NCBI RefSeq assembly: GCF_009914755.1
Contig: NC_060935.1
DNA: 64,000 nucleotides
Source: the human T2T-CHM13v2.0 reference genome, Homo sapiens
Strand: one strand, 5' to 3'
The translations under genes were made by a program, and so were the position numbers. The notes beneath the pieces were generated by a model that did not search any database, had not been told where the DNA came from, and saw only the letters and a program-made list of their open reading frames with translations. This document shows positions 41,154 through 58,134 of this stretch, in pieces (the first letter of the stretch is position 1; the number at the start of each line of letters is the position of its first letter).

Positions 41154-41574
41154 CAGTTATATAAGAATATGTCCTTATATTTTAGAAATGTATACTAAAG
41201 TATACAGCAGGTAGAAGAAAATGAGTTTTGAGATTTAATTATTTCAGCAGCAATAATAGCAACACAGGATTGATGAAGTTAAGAGTGATAAAACCTTCCC
41301 AATATTAAATTTGGTCATGGGTTTATGAAGCTTCATTACACTATTTTTTCTGCTTTTGCGTTACTTGAAATTTTTATAATTTTTTAAGTGACTAGCAAGG
41401 TACCTGAGATAAATAGGCATTTAAATAAATGACAATTATTACAACAAAGTTTTTGTAATTTATAATACAAGTTAATGAAAAATAAATGTTATTAATAAAC
41501 CTAAGATTGAAATTAAACACTGTAACTTTTAAAAAGAAGAATTATTAATTCATTTGATTATTTTTTTAAACCTC

Positions 41575-41942
41575 TGTTATGTACTGAATGTTCCTGTCCC
41601 CCCCCTCAAAATTCGTATGTTGAAATCCTAACCCCCAATGTGATGGTATTAGGAGGTGGGGCCTTTGGAAGGTAATTAGGTCATAAGAGTAGAATCTTCA
41701 TGAATGGGATTAGTGCCCTTTATAAAAGAGACCCCAAGAGCTCCCTGGCCCTCTTCTGCCCTGTTGAGGACACAGTGCAAAGATAGCTGTTTATGAACTA
41801 GGAAGCAGACATTCATTAGACACAATTTGCTGGCACCCTGATCTAGGACTTCTCAGCTTGCGGAACTGTGAGAAATAAATATTCATTGTTTCTGCCACCC
41901 AGTCTTTGGTTTTTGTTATAGCAGCCTGCATGGACTAAGACA
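41575..41942 (+). mobile_element. MLT1A-type MaLR solo LTR
   Basis: TG...CA termini; consensus-like aatcctaacccccaatgtgatggtattaggaggtggggcctttgg and gaactgtgagaaataaat...gttatagcagcc...gactaagaca; 5-bp TSD acctc/agctc. Confidence 0.9.
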
Positions 41943-43479
41943 AGCTCATTTTCTGGAAAGTCTTGAACTAAGTACTTGAAAATACAAAGATAAATGAAGC
42001 ACAAGTGCTGACTTCAAGGAAATGCCAGGTAAATAAGTATGGATGCACAATTACAATGTATGTTAGGAGCTATAACGGGAGTAACCAAAACAGGAAAGCC
42101 TCACTCTGCCTGCAAGAGTATGGACTAAAACAGCCTTCCAGATGAGATAAATCTTGGGAAGGAGCAGAAATTTGTCAGGATACGTAGAAAAGGATAGTTA
42201 AGTCTATGTGGATACAACAATACCAGTAAAAAGAAATATAAAATACAAAGACATGACACATCGAGGGAACTATGTTGTTCTACATGATTCCTGAAACTTT
42301 CTCAGGGAATAAGGCTAGAGACATAGGCAAGAGTCACATCATGAATGTCAGAGTAAAGAGCTTTGATATTATATAAACAATGGGCAATAGTAAAATAATT
42401 ATATTTGTCTTTTAAGAAAATATTTCTGACATCCATTAGAAAGTAGAGTGGGGTGGGGGAGGCTGGGGAAATATGAGCTATTAGTAGGCTACTATATTAT
42501 GTAGGAAAGAGAAGATTTGGGTTAATTAAGCAGTATGGATTAAAGAAAAGGAATTATATTGACAGCTAGTTAGCAGACTAAACAGAATTGAGTGACTAAT
42601 GGAATATCAGGGTAAAATAGTGAGGAAAGTCTAGGGTTCCTCACAGAATTCTGAATTAGATGACTGTATGGATGAATAATGGTGACACCAACTGATATAA
42701 AAGCAATTCACACAATAAGGCAGCTGAAATTTAGGTTGATACTAGCAATCCAGGGATTATGCTTATAAGACAGTAATGTGGAAGGATATGGGTTTCAAGG
42801 AGATGAAAGCACTGTCAAGAATCAAGTGTTTCATTATTTTAATTTGCATTTAAAGACCCAAACTTTTATTATACATTACACTCTAATATTTAATAACAAC
42901 TTTATACTAGGTTATCTCACCACCTGTTCACAAACTTCTCAGTGAGTCTAATTTGCTTTCCATTTCTACTACTACTACCTCAGTTTAGCCTATCATTTTA
43001 TCCTTAGTTTATTGAGGGGGTGGAGTTGGGGGAAGGACAGTAGAGGAAGAAAGGCAAGATCTCCAACATTCTGGCCCCTAACCTAACTTTTCAACTTTTG
43101 TTTTCCAAGTGTTCCCTTATATGAACACTTCACATAAGCCTCAACACAGTTCCTAAATTCTGTATATTGACTCATTCAAACCCACAGCGAGTTTTCCCGT
43201 CTTCCAGATTCCCATTTATATGATGCCTGGTATCATTTTGTGAAAGAGAAGATAAACCTCATAAAAGTGGTTTATCTTCTCTTTCACTAATTTAATTATA
43301 AAAGAAGTGTTCTATCTTAATGACTAATTCAAATCAGGTGCCCAATAAATGTTGATTGATAACATACTATTTCTATATATTACTCAGCCTATTATACATT
43401 TAATGATATTATGAACTATTTTTGAACCATAACCACCTTAAAATGTTTTTTGGCATCCTGGATTTATGCCAGTCCTAAA

Positions 43480-43481
<2 letters not shown>

Positions 43482-43523
<42 letters not shown>
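43482..43523. repeat. (AC)21 microsatellite
   Basis: Read directly from the sequence. Confidence 0.97.
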
Positions 43524-43526
<3 letters not shown>

Positions 43527-43909
43527 TATAATTTAATAGAGTTACTTCATAACATCCAAAGTTTCTCAATTCCTGTTTTGGCAAGAAAATTCTCAGAGTG
43601 CAGTTTTTGATAGAAAGAAAAAGCTATAATTATGCTATAATTAAGATCTGTGAAAGTAATTATCTTCTAATGATCACAAAGACTTCCTTTAATTTGTCAT
43701 TCTCTTGATATCTCCTCCCATTTTCCAGATTAGTTTGCATACAGATGCTATTCAGGCCCTTTTCTGTTCTTTATCTTTCTTTTTTAAGTAACTTAACTAA
43801 GGATAACAGGATTTGTTATCCTTAGCCTGTACTTAAGGTTTCAGTGTTAGTGTACTAAATCAATAGTTTTTCAGTTAACTCAAAATAAACAGTCATTCAT
43901 ATCACCTAA

Positions 43910-44194
<285 letters not shown>

Positions 44195-44906
44195 AACATT
44201 ACTACTTTTTAAGTACTGAAAGGACATCTGTGAACACCAGAGGCCTGCACTAGGCATTCTAAGTTTAAAACACTTCCAAATCAAAGAAATCAACCAACCA
44301 ATCAGTATGTACCAATTAAATTCATTGTTAAGCAGCTTATGTAATAGCTCTTTTAAGAACAGAAAGTACAAAAACTGCCTAAAGGGGTTTACAAACTACT
44401 TGGTAAAATTAGATATAGACACCCAAAGAGTAATAAACAAAGTAATATATACCTGAATGCTAGAGGTAAGGTGATACGATGAAAAAGGTACTAAAACCTG
44501 AGTTATTTTCCCTTCTTAGCACTGAAAGGATCAGAGCTTTGATCATTTTTCAAGGAATTAATTTTCACATTTAAAAAATGAGAGACATTCCGTGGGGCCT
44601 TTTTGCATTAACATTCTATGGTTATACAGAATGCTGTGAAAGATTCTAAATGCTGGTAGAAAGTTTTCAGAAAGAAAATAAGCTAAATGCTTTAAAATTA
44701 CTTTCCCATTATTTTGCTAGTTTAAAAAATGTTTTATTTTAAAAATAATTTTACTTAACCTATTAATAAACTGATACGTTCTGGATTTTTGGTAAAATGT
44801 TATAAAACCAAGATTAGAAAAAGGTCTATTGTAGATATATATCATATAATATCATATAATTTACATAATTTAATAGCAGAAGAACTGTAATTTTAAATAT
44901 GTCTAA

Positions 44907-45104
<198 letters not shown>

Positions 45105-45644
45105 TGATCCAGTGAACAAAGCATACCATACTCTAAAAAAAAGAAATAATAATAATCTATTTATTGTCAGGATTTATGGTATTCAATGATTTTCTTCTTT
45201 CCTTAGTTTTTTAAAAAAAATGAATCAAGGGATTATTTTAAGGTATTTTATGTAAATGGTGAGAGTAGTCTTTTAAATAATCTTTATATGAATAACCTTT
45301 ATAATCTAGTAGTATGAATAACTTTTGAAAGTCCTCCAAAATAATGTATGGACTTGTCCTCACATATTTTTATTTTAGAAATATATTAAATAATTTTAGC
45401 TCCAGCACGAAGTATTACTGGTCCTGTATATATTAGTGAGGTTTAACTTTATGTAACTGTTTTGTAGAGAGTTCATATAATCATGACAGGACTTCAAATA
45501 CAGCTGTTCCTTCCCAAGAATGTAATCTCCAAAAAATACATTTTTTTCTAAAAGAAGAGCTGCATGATCATCAGTGTGCGAAATGTGTTTATAACTATCA
45601 GAGCATATGGGTTGGCTGGTAGGTAGTAATTCCTCACTTAAATG

Positions 45645-47480
<1,836 letters not shown>

Positions 47481-48199
47481 TATATATGTATATGGCACTC
47501 TACCTTGAAAAAGAAAATTGCTTATGGAAGTGGTTACTGCAAGGCCTACAGCCTGTAAGTTATGAAGCAGCAGAAGGATGATCTGAAATAAGACGTAACA
47601 ATGTAACACCAGATATGAATGGATGGAGCTCATAATACACTGGTGAACTAAGGTGGAGGGTAGATGTTTGAAGTATGTATCCTAATACACAAAATTCACT
47701 GATATGCTCAAATCATTCCCTAATACATCAATTAAAACAAATTTTCATTAAGTGTTACAGCAGAACTGTGAGCATTTTGCATTCTACCACTACATCACTT
47801 AAGCATAGCTCTTATTAAAACAGAAAGGAAGACTAAAGAAACTTATTATTCCAATATACTAGATTCAAGACTCTTTAATAAACAGTTTGTATTTTTAAAA
47901 AGTTAATTTGACAAAGTTCACAGGCAAGATAAAGGGAATGAGAAAAACCCAAACTTGGTAAATCTGCTTTTAATTAGGACATAGAGTTCAGTATAAATAA
48001 TACTCTATAAACATTCTTCTTTATATCAAAGGTTTGGCCAGACTAAAAAAAAGGAAAAAACAAAAGCAGCTAGTTTACAATTACACTTGCATTATGTGAA
48101 AAATTCAGAGAAAAAGATACCCAGTTTTATCAAGAGAAATGATAAGATGCTCTGACACAATTATAGTGGAAAAGAATAATAAATATCCCAGATAATCAT

Positions 48200-48537
48200 T
48201 AATTACTTCCTGGTGCATAGAAAAGTATTCCAGTTCATGCAATCATGTAAACAAGCCAATCATAGCTTCATGTAGAAACTTGGGGCATCTCACCCTCTTT
48301 ATTCTAGAAAGCCTGTCTCTCACTGCCCCTCGTTGTTCATTCTGTTCCAGAATACAACTTCCAAGTGCACTGCATGGTGTGCAGTGTCCTCTTCCCCTGG
48401 ACTGTGAGTATATGTGACTAATAAACCACTGTTGATCTCATCTGTCCAGTGTTAGGTATTATACGTTCAGCCACCCCCATGACCCAAGAGTGGCAGTCCC
48501 TCCCACAGCAGTGGGTGAATAGAAGGCTATTAAAATA
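48200..48537 (+). mobile_element. LTR40-like (ERVL) solo LTR fragment
   Basis: gtgagtatatgtgactaataaaccactgttgatctcatctgtccagtg...ttcagcca...attaaaata resembles the recalled LTR40 3' part. Confidence 0.65.
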
Positions 48538-48611
48538 GGCAGTGAGAATATTATATGAATAAATATCTGTAAAGCTCTTAAGAGTGTGACATCATCTATA
48601 CAACTATAAAA

Positions 48612-48977
<366 letters not shown>

Positions 48978-51900
48978 CTAAAGAAAAGATTTACAGAATA
49001 GGCTGGGTTTAGAAAACTATCAATTGGCTCAAAGTAGGTCATTAATTCGATATTTTGTTCAACAAATGACCCATCCTATTAGAAATGGAAAATAAAATTG
49101 GAAAGTAAAGCCACTTAAGTAAAAAACACCCATTTATAAAATAACTGGTTATAGATACTCTATAATGTTATCTATAACACATTTTGCATTTTTGAGAATT
49201 CAAATATATATTTTTAAAAATCATTAAAAATAGTCCACTGAAACCACATACCTAAGCCTTAAACATAAGAACAAGTATTTAATATTTAACTACCCTTCTT
49301 TTCCATACAGTAATGTATTAAATTAACTGAAACATTATCCATGCTTTCACAAGTGAAGATACATAATAATCTATTAACCTCTACAAAAAGTCAAAAGGTA
49401 TAGTTTTCCATTTTTAGCTATCTTTATAATTATTTAGAAAACATCTTTCTCTCTAACCACAGAGTAAGCTCTCTAAAACCTAGGACAGACTCCATACACC
49501 TTTTTTAAGTCTTCAAAAATCCTAGCATACATATTAATTAAATAATTCTAAAATTACATTATATTATAAAGTAGCCATCTTTTTCTATTTCAGTTCCTAA
49601 TAGATAATATCTCTAGATTAACACACAGTGCTCAGATTATATATTTAAATTCCTGAAATTTATACAGTAAGTTTTATTATCTACCATATGGTATAAAAGT
49701 AGAGCAATACAATTGCAGCTATCTCTTGAATTCATAATTAAGGAAACAAACTAATATTCTGATGAAATATTAATAAGCACATCAGATTCCTAAAGAGAAT
49801 GATTGATATGACAACATAAAAAAATATGCTATAGATAGGCACAGTACCTTCATTCATTTCCAGATTGTATTGATCTATGTCTACGCATCTGAGCCCTCAT
49901 TAGCCTCCTACACACACATTATTATTCCCTTGGTGATTTACCCATAGCTACTTTGGATATCTATTAAACCTGTGAACATTTGTCTTTATCTCAATGCATC
50001 TTTAATTTGCCATCTCATTTGAATCTGCTCTCTGTACTATCCATCACTTAAATTATCTCTTCTTCTCTATTATTTCAAATCAGTAATAGCTTTTTAAACT
50101 TTTATAAAATATGTGTTTATTGCTAAAAACAAAGGACAATGAAGTAGATGGTAAAAATAATCTCCTGTAACCCCACCACCCAGAAATTAATACTGTTAAT
50201 TTTGGATTCCTTATTTATCTTTTTTTAAATGAAAACAAAAATCTTCATAGTCCTAAAAAATAAAAAAAAACCTTGGTCTTTTCCAATCAATAACATATTG
50301 TGGATGTCTGTCCACTTCTATACATAGATCAGTTGCCCAGTATTCCACTGTATTTATGTCACATAATTTGTTTAACCAATTCCCTCATTAACAGTAACCT
50401 CAGAGTATTAAGCATTTACTGATGATATTTTAAAGATGAGAGCTGATTCAATTGAAAATGACCCCTATACTGAGATAAGATTTAGTCAAGGGGCAAACAA
50501 CTTTACAAAGGAAAAAGACAAAGTAAGATTACCGATGACAATGTGGTCTTATTCTCTAGCTTCTAATATACAGCACTGTCATTGACCTTTACTGAAAGCT
50601 AGGTGAACAAGCAGCTAGAATCAAAGGGCTCTGCCTTTAAGTAAGTGTGGATGCAAAAGAGAACAAGGGAGGCAGGCTGCCAGTGGAGTCTTTTAAATAG
50701 GATAGGTGATCTGTAGACCCCAAATCGTAGGAGTTGGCTGAAAAAAAACTGGCATAATTTGTTAAGCTTTTATTTTTAATCGTTATTGCTTCCAGTGTTC
50801 CATGAGATAGCTCTGTTTAAATGTAATTATGAATGACCCATAATTTAGTCAGTATTTTTATTCTTTATGAGAGTAAAATTACAACCAGAGCTAGGCAACT
50901 CTTTTTTTCTCAGGCATGGACCCAATCCTATATCTAAGCTTCTCTAGTTCTCTATCAATCTGAAGATAATAATTATCATTCATTAATTCAGAGAAGGAAT
51001 TCGGTAACATTTCAAAATACTCAAATAAAAAGTCCTATGTAAAAAAGAAAAAAGAAAAAAAGATAAAAGTTCTGCTACCTTAACCAGTCATGCAATAACT
51101 GACAGGAAATATTCTCATACCTTACTTTTGCCATACTGCTATTTTAGACCATGAAAATGCTTTTTAAATTTTCTTTTTTCATGAGATTCAAAGTCAAAAG
51201 CTGACTGTCCATTGCCATGGAGACAGTTCTATTTAAGGTACTATATTAGCCCTTTCCTCACAGAAGGATAGAAAAATGGTCACTAGAAAAGCATCACCTA
51301 CCATGGTTTAGAATTAAGTAATTACATATGCTTCTGGGGCAGCCCATGCGTAAGGAACTTTGGAATTAAAGTGGGGTAATTTAATACAGCCTGTTATTCA
51401 CATAAGTAACATCAATACAGGTTAAATTGTAGTATTAACTTAGAGGTAATATGAGGAAAACACCCATTACCTCAAAATTAGATACAACCAAAGAACAAAA
51501 TAAAATGACTTATAGTTACTGTCCTAGATAGAACTGCAACTAACTGAAACAATCTTTGCTTTTCAAAGAGCAATCTTCTATTTACCTATGGTCCATATAT
51601 AATACACATGGCTTGGGTTTCTTCTGTTTCAATTTGTAGGCCTCCTGTCTCCAAATGGAGACTTTCTGACACTCCATTTTTAATTGAAGAGTAAGCTACT
51701 ATAGGTGAAAGAGAACATCCATAATTTATATATATATATGTATTTAATATTGTCCAAGAGATTCAAAAGAATTTTTAAAAAACAACATATCAATCCCAAA
51801 TCTGTCATCAGGACAAATGTTATCATTTCTTCTTTGATTAAAAAAAGTTTTCTTTATGAAAGCTTAAAATATCAATCTTCCTTGAAATAAAAATAATCTA

Positions 51901-52264
51901 AGATGGAAAGACCTACCAGAGTCTACCAATGTTAGTGCCAAAACGCTTATTTTTATGTAAGCAAGCACGTCCAAGAGATATTTTCACTTGATTTGTCGTA
52001 AACAAGCTTTCAAAACCCAATTCCTTTTTCCCCAAGCTAAAGTTCAGAATGTAGCAACAATAAAATAAGACATATTTTTCTTACAGTGAGAGCATATTAT
52101 ATCTGAAGGTCTCAAATCTGCATTTTGTAAAATAGGCAAAAGGAATCTTCCTGATTCTAGCACTGGCGCTGCCAATATCATCTCAAACAACTGATAATGC
52201 ATGTTGAAACTGAAGTGGATGTAAACAATTTTCATTTGTGGAAGCATTTGGTTAATACTACTAG

Positions 52265-52458
52265 ACTGGTGGTACTAAATTCTTAGAGTATTAGAATCAC
52301 CTGGAAGGCCTGTTACACTACAGATGGTTGGGTCCCATCCCCAGAATTTCAAAAGATTCAGCAGGTCTAGGGGTGGGGGGTGGGGTAATAATCTAACAAA
52401 CTCCCAGTTGATACTGATGCTGCTGGTTCTAGAACCACACTGCAGAACCATCGTCCTA
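52265..52458. mobile_element. MER5A hAT fossil
   Basis: tagaatcacctggaagg...cccatccccagaatttc...ctaacaaactcccagttgatactgatgctgctggt...gaacca. Confidence 0.8.
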
Positions 52459-52929
52459 GACATGAAACAAACTGATTTGCCTACGGAATTGTTATTCTTT
52501 GCTGGTTAATACTTCAACCTTTCTCAAAATGAAACATTTTAAATAAAACGATAGCTACGGTCTGGGGGAGGGGAAGTAGGAACAGTCAATCATAGCAATT
52601 TGGGAAAGATATTAATTCAATGAAGACCGAGTTGATTCCTAAAAATTGTTATCTAGTTTGGTGTACTGCTGAATTACAATGACATTCAGGAAAGTAAATA
52701 CCTGACATGTAGTAAACGGTCTGTGTCCCCTATGAATTCAACTGACCTTGACAAACAAATATCTATCATAAAATAATGAAGAGGAACTTAGTATTTGAAT
52801 GTGAATTTTTCCTAGAAATAACTGTAAACCAATTATGTGTCACACATGCTCTAGAAAAGGTATGTATCAAGTTTCTGTGAATCCAATCTAGCTTTTCCAC
52901 TGATTTATGTCTTCATTTTAGAAATCCTT

Positions 52930-53251
<322 letters not shown>

Positions 53252-53938
53252 TTAAATTGATTGATATACAATAGACAGCACACTGCATTTTAGTTTCTAA
53301 GTGCTCTACACCTTCTGTCAAATAGTTGATGATCCATAAACAATAAAATGTGTTAAGATGACTATAAAGGTAGAACAAAAAGAAATGGCCTTTTATAGTA
53401 ACAATGGACTCCTCTTTGACAGTCATGTAATGTATACCTATCACTGAAAAGGAAATGGACAGGTTAGGACTGCTAGAGGACATATTACTTCATTTTTGTG
53501 ATATCATGGCACTTTTTATGAATGATAACACAGTAGTTTATTAAATGCAAAATTTACTAAATATACACTGTCACAATGAGTTCAAATTTTAGTAGCACTC
53601 TAAAATGAAAAATGAAATGCTTCAGCACATTGATGGCAACATTCTAGGTAATTTCTTATTCAGTGTTTTTAAAAATCCAATTGTTTCTATAAATAATCTA
53701 TATCTAACTACAAATGGAGTTATATCATTGAGGTGCTTATTATCAATTCATTCCATTTTCCACTGTGACAAATATGTTTTCCACAACAGCTCTAATAAAA
53801 ATCTAATAATTAGTAAAGGAAGTAAGATAAAATCACATAGATATTAGCAATAATTAGTAAAGGAGGCAAGATAAAAAAAAAAAACCACACAGATGTCTTG
53901 TAGTTTAAAAGTTTAACATCAATTAAGAGTAAAATACT

Positions 53939-54233
53939 GGCCAGGCATAGTGGCTCACACCTGTAATCCCAGCACTTTGGGAGGCTGAGGCAGGTGGATT
54001 ATGAGGTCAGGAGTTCGAGACCAGCCTGACTAATATGGTGAAACCCTGTCTCTACTAAAAATACAAAAACTAGCTGGGTGTGGTGGTGCATGCCTGTACT
54101 CCCAGCTTCTCAGGAGGCTGAGGCAGGAGAATCGCTTGAACCCTGGAGGTGGGGGTTGCAGTGAGCCACGATCATGTCACTGCACTCCAGCCTGGACAAC
54201 AGAGCAAGACTCTGTCTCAAAAAAAAAAAAAAA
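53939..54233 (+). mobile_element. AluS (Sg-like)
   Basis: Full Alu; TSD agtaaaata. Confidence 0.95.
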
Positions 54234-54485
54234 AGTAAAATATTTTCCACTACTATATGCTTATACATCATGTGAATTTGTTTTTTAAAACCACATGTGT
54301 TTAGACTAGTGATACTTCACAAGATAAAAGACAGATAAGAAAGGTCACCCATATCAATGTATGCTTTTTGTGCATTTAATTCTCCCATATGTAATCATAA
54401 AACTGCACAACTATAACAAGAGTTAGTCAGGGGACTCCCTGTCAAATATAATTTGAAGCATACATTATTAAACTACTTAACTGTC

Positions 54486-54791
<306 letters not shown>

Positions 54792-55334
54792 TCAATCCTC
54801 ATTTCAAAGGAAGAATTCTGACTGAATAGGGCTTGAATCTTGCACACTGCACTAGTTATGTCATGGCTTGATCTGGGTATCATTAGATCCCAACCATGGA
54901 ACGCATCATATACTGATGCTTTCACAAATGTGCAACCTAGATAATGGTGCCATATTACTTACATTGATTAAATGCTCAGTGTGCAATTTTAAAAGATTAT
55001 CCCTATAAAAAGTATTCTGAATGACTTGATTTTCCATTTTTAAATTACTGACATCCACCACTTCTGCTCATCAGAGGAAGGGTTTGTTTCTGCTGAATAA
55101 TCTTCCTCTCACAACACTCTCCAACACCAACACTCACATATTCCTGCATCAGGTACCACCTTTGTCCCCTCTGGAGTAAGTGTAGGTTCATTTATTACAT
55201 GACACATTTCTTGAGCACCACTATGCTAATGTTGGTTGGGGAAGGTAGGTAGAGAATTAGGATTTTAAGACAATAAGACAATTAGTTCAAAGCTTTACAA
55301 TTACTTACTATAGAAGAACTACTGTGCTTATGTG

Positions 55335-55400
55335 TATGGCCTGTAAGCCCAAAATATTATTACCCAGCCCTTTACAGAAAGTTTACCAAATCCTACTCTT
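55335..55400. mobile_element. MER58-like hAT fragment
   Basis: tatggcctgtaagcccaaaatatt...ccctttacagaaagtttacc. Confidence 0.55.
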
Positions 55401-55705
55401 GACTGTAGTGTCAACTGGGAGGCATAACCTTGAAGATCTCTAAGAGACCCAGGCATAAGTTGCAAGTCATCACGCTACGTAGGTAAAAACTCTGATGTTC
55501 TCATTCTAAGTCTGTTCAGTGCCTAACAGGTGAGAGCACTTAATGTTTCCAAAATACACAAACTAATTAAAGATATTCATATAGTATTCAGTGATTTATA
55601 AATGTTTATAGCCTTAACATTTCTTGCCTAAGAATCTGAAGGCCAGGAAAAGGTAATAGCATCTGACATAGAATTCTGATAAGCATAAAATAGCAATCTG
55701 TATAA

Positions 55706-56065
<360 letters not shown>

Positions 56066-57864
56066 ATATTTACCCTTATTTTTAAGAGCACCAAATACTA
56101 AATAGGTTTCTTGTATAATCAAAAGAATACTTACTAGTTTATGCACATTTTGAGTGTTCAATAATGCACTTTGCCTAAAGAATATTACAAACTAGAGCTT
56201 TAGTTATTTTTAATAGCTACACAATATAAAAATTAATCTCAGGAGGTTAATTATATAGGTCATACTCTATTAAAACAATAAAACTACAACACAAATAGGT
56301 ATTCCACACCCCAACTGAGAATTCATTAATTTCAAGTAACGTACAAAACAGTTTTGATAAAATAATTTGAACATTACATGGAATTTAGTGCTAAGGTATC
56401 TTACTTTAGCTTAAATGCCTTTTATTTTTATTAGTTTTAAGTTTTTTTTTCTTTACTGGAGCACATTTGCTGGACTGACTTGTTTTACTTTACTAATTTA
56501 CACCAAAAAATTAAGATATACATATTAAATGTCTAATTTTATATCAAAGAGGAACTTTCTGGGTAGGTAAAACATGATTTCTTTTTCATCTGTGTTACCT
56601 TAAAGACAAAAATAAATAATAACAAATATGCCACCCCACTTAAAATTCACCATGCTGAGCCCAAACCTTGGTCAATACAAAGTGAACAAGGATAAGCCAG
56701 TTTGATATTGGCCATCAGTTGTCCCAACACCCTGCTTATTATTACCCAACTTTATCTCTTTCTTCATTCAACTCCTACCTAAATATTGGATGGAACTTCA
56801 TTAACACAGTTTTCCTATTAGACACAGCACAACCGACAAGCACATCCTTGGAGTAAACATATTGAAAAATATTTTTTTTTTTGCCAAAATCATTACCTTT
56901 TTAATGCTGAGTAAACAAGTTAGGAAAGACAGTCTCTAGTGAAGCGGTTACTTGAATTTCAGGATATATGTTCCTCTGGAAACGTTATACCCAGTGGTTA
57001 GGTTTCTAGGCTAATTAACAAATGCCTGAACATACCTGTAATATTAACAGTACTCTGGAACTTAACCACATATCTTACTGTGTTTCTATGGAAAACTCTC
57101 AGAATAAGAGTTCTAACTTAAAATAAATAGCAGAACCACAGCTCGCCATAAATCCCTCTCCCCAGCACAAACCCTTTGTTAAGACTGGAAACTCTTCCAG
57201 AGATGTAGATTCTGTAGACTATAGGGGATGTAGGTAGGGGAATGATAACAGTCCAAGGGTTTCTTTGCTTCCTTTAATCAAAATTTTTGTCTCAACATAT
57301 AATGAAAGCCAAATGAGTGGTGGAAATGAGCATTCATGTTATTATTTATCTTCATAAATAATAGTTTTACTGAAAAAAATTTACCAAAAAGTAAGAATAT
57401 TTCTTAGAGGTCCAATTCGCGAGACACATACTTAAAATGTTTCCAGATAATATCTTTTGTCACAGACACTAGAGCAGTATTAAATGATTCAATGTTATTG
57501 AACTAATTAATGACTGGTTGGCAGGAGGGGGAGGGCAAAGTATGCTGGTAAGTTAGGAAAAAAAAATCCTGAGGTTAAGAAAGAATGGTCACATAATTAG
57601 GATTTACACAGATAAAAGAGATAACTATATAGGATAAAACTGTTCAATAAGAACTTTAATGTGTTTCTCAATAGATTTAATCTTATAAAATGATTTTTTG
57701 CATTTCTAATGTAAAAATAAGATACAATACAAATGAATTTGAAATCACTCCTATAAACTCTTGAATAATCACATCCTATTAAGTTTCATTAGTTTTATTT
57801 ACACTTTATAACAGCCTTTCACACAAAGAAAAACATGAAATATAAGACAAGGCAGTGTTTATAC

Positions 57865-58095
57865 CTGCATAATGAGCCAGGCTTTGGAGTTCAACCTGGT
57901 TGCAAATCCTAAGTCTGTCACTTACTGGTAATATAACCTTTAAGAAGTGAAGAATGCCCTGTGAGCCCTAGTTTCTTTATCCATAAACTGTGAGTAATAA
58001 TTCATCGCAGGTTAATTGTGATGCTTGAATGTGATAACATATGTAGAGTTTAAATGCTTAGCACATAAGTAGTATTCAGTAGAAGCTATTGTCAT
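57865..58095 (+). mobile_element. MIR SINE
   Basis: ggctttggagttcaacctggttgcaaatcc...agtttctttatccataaactg...gcttagcaca. Confidence 0.65.
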
Positions 58096-58134
58096 TATAG
58101 ATATTATAAAATGTGTTTTGAAAGTAAGAGTCAC

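Noticed and set aside
49148-49178. 10-bp inverted repeat GTTATAGATA...TATCTATAAC
   Set aside because: Within chance expectation for AT-rich DNA and no supporting context.
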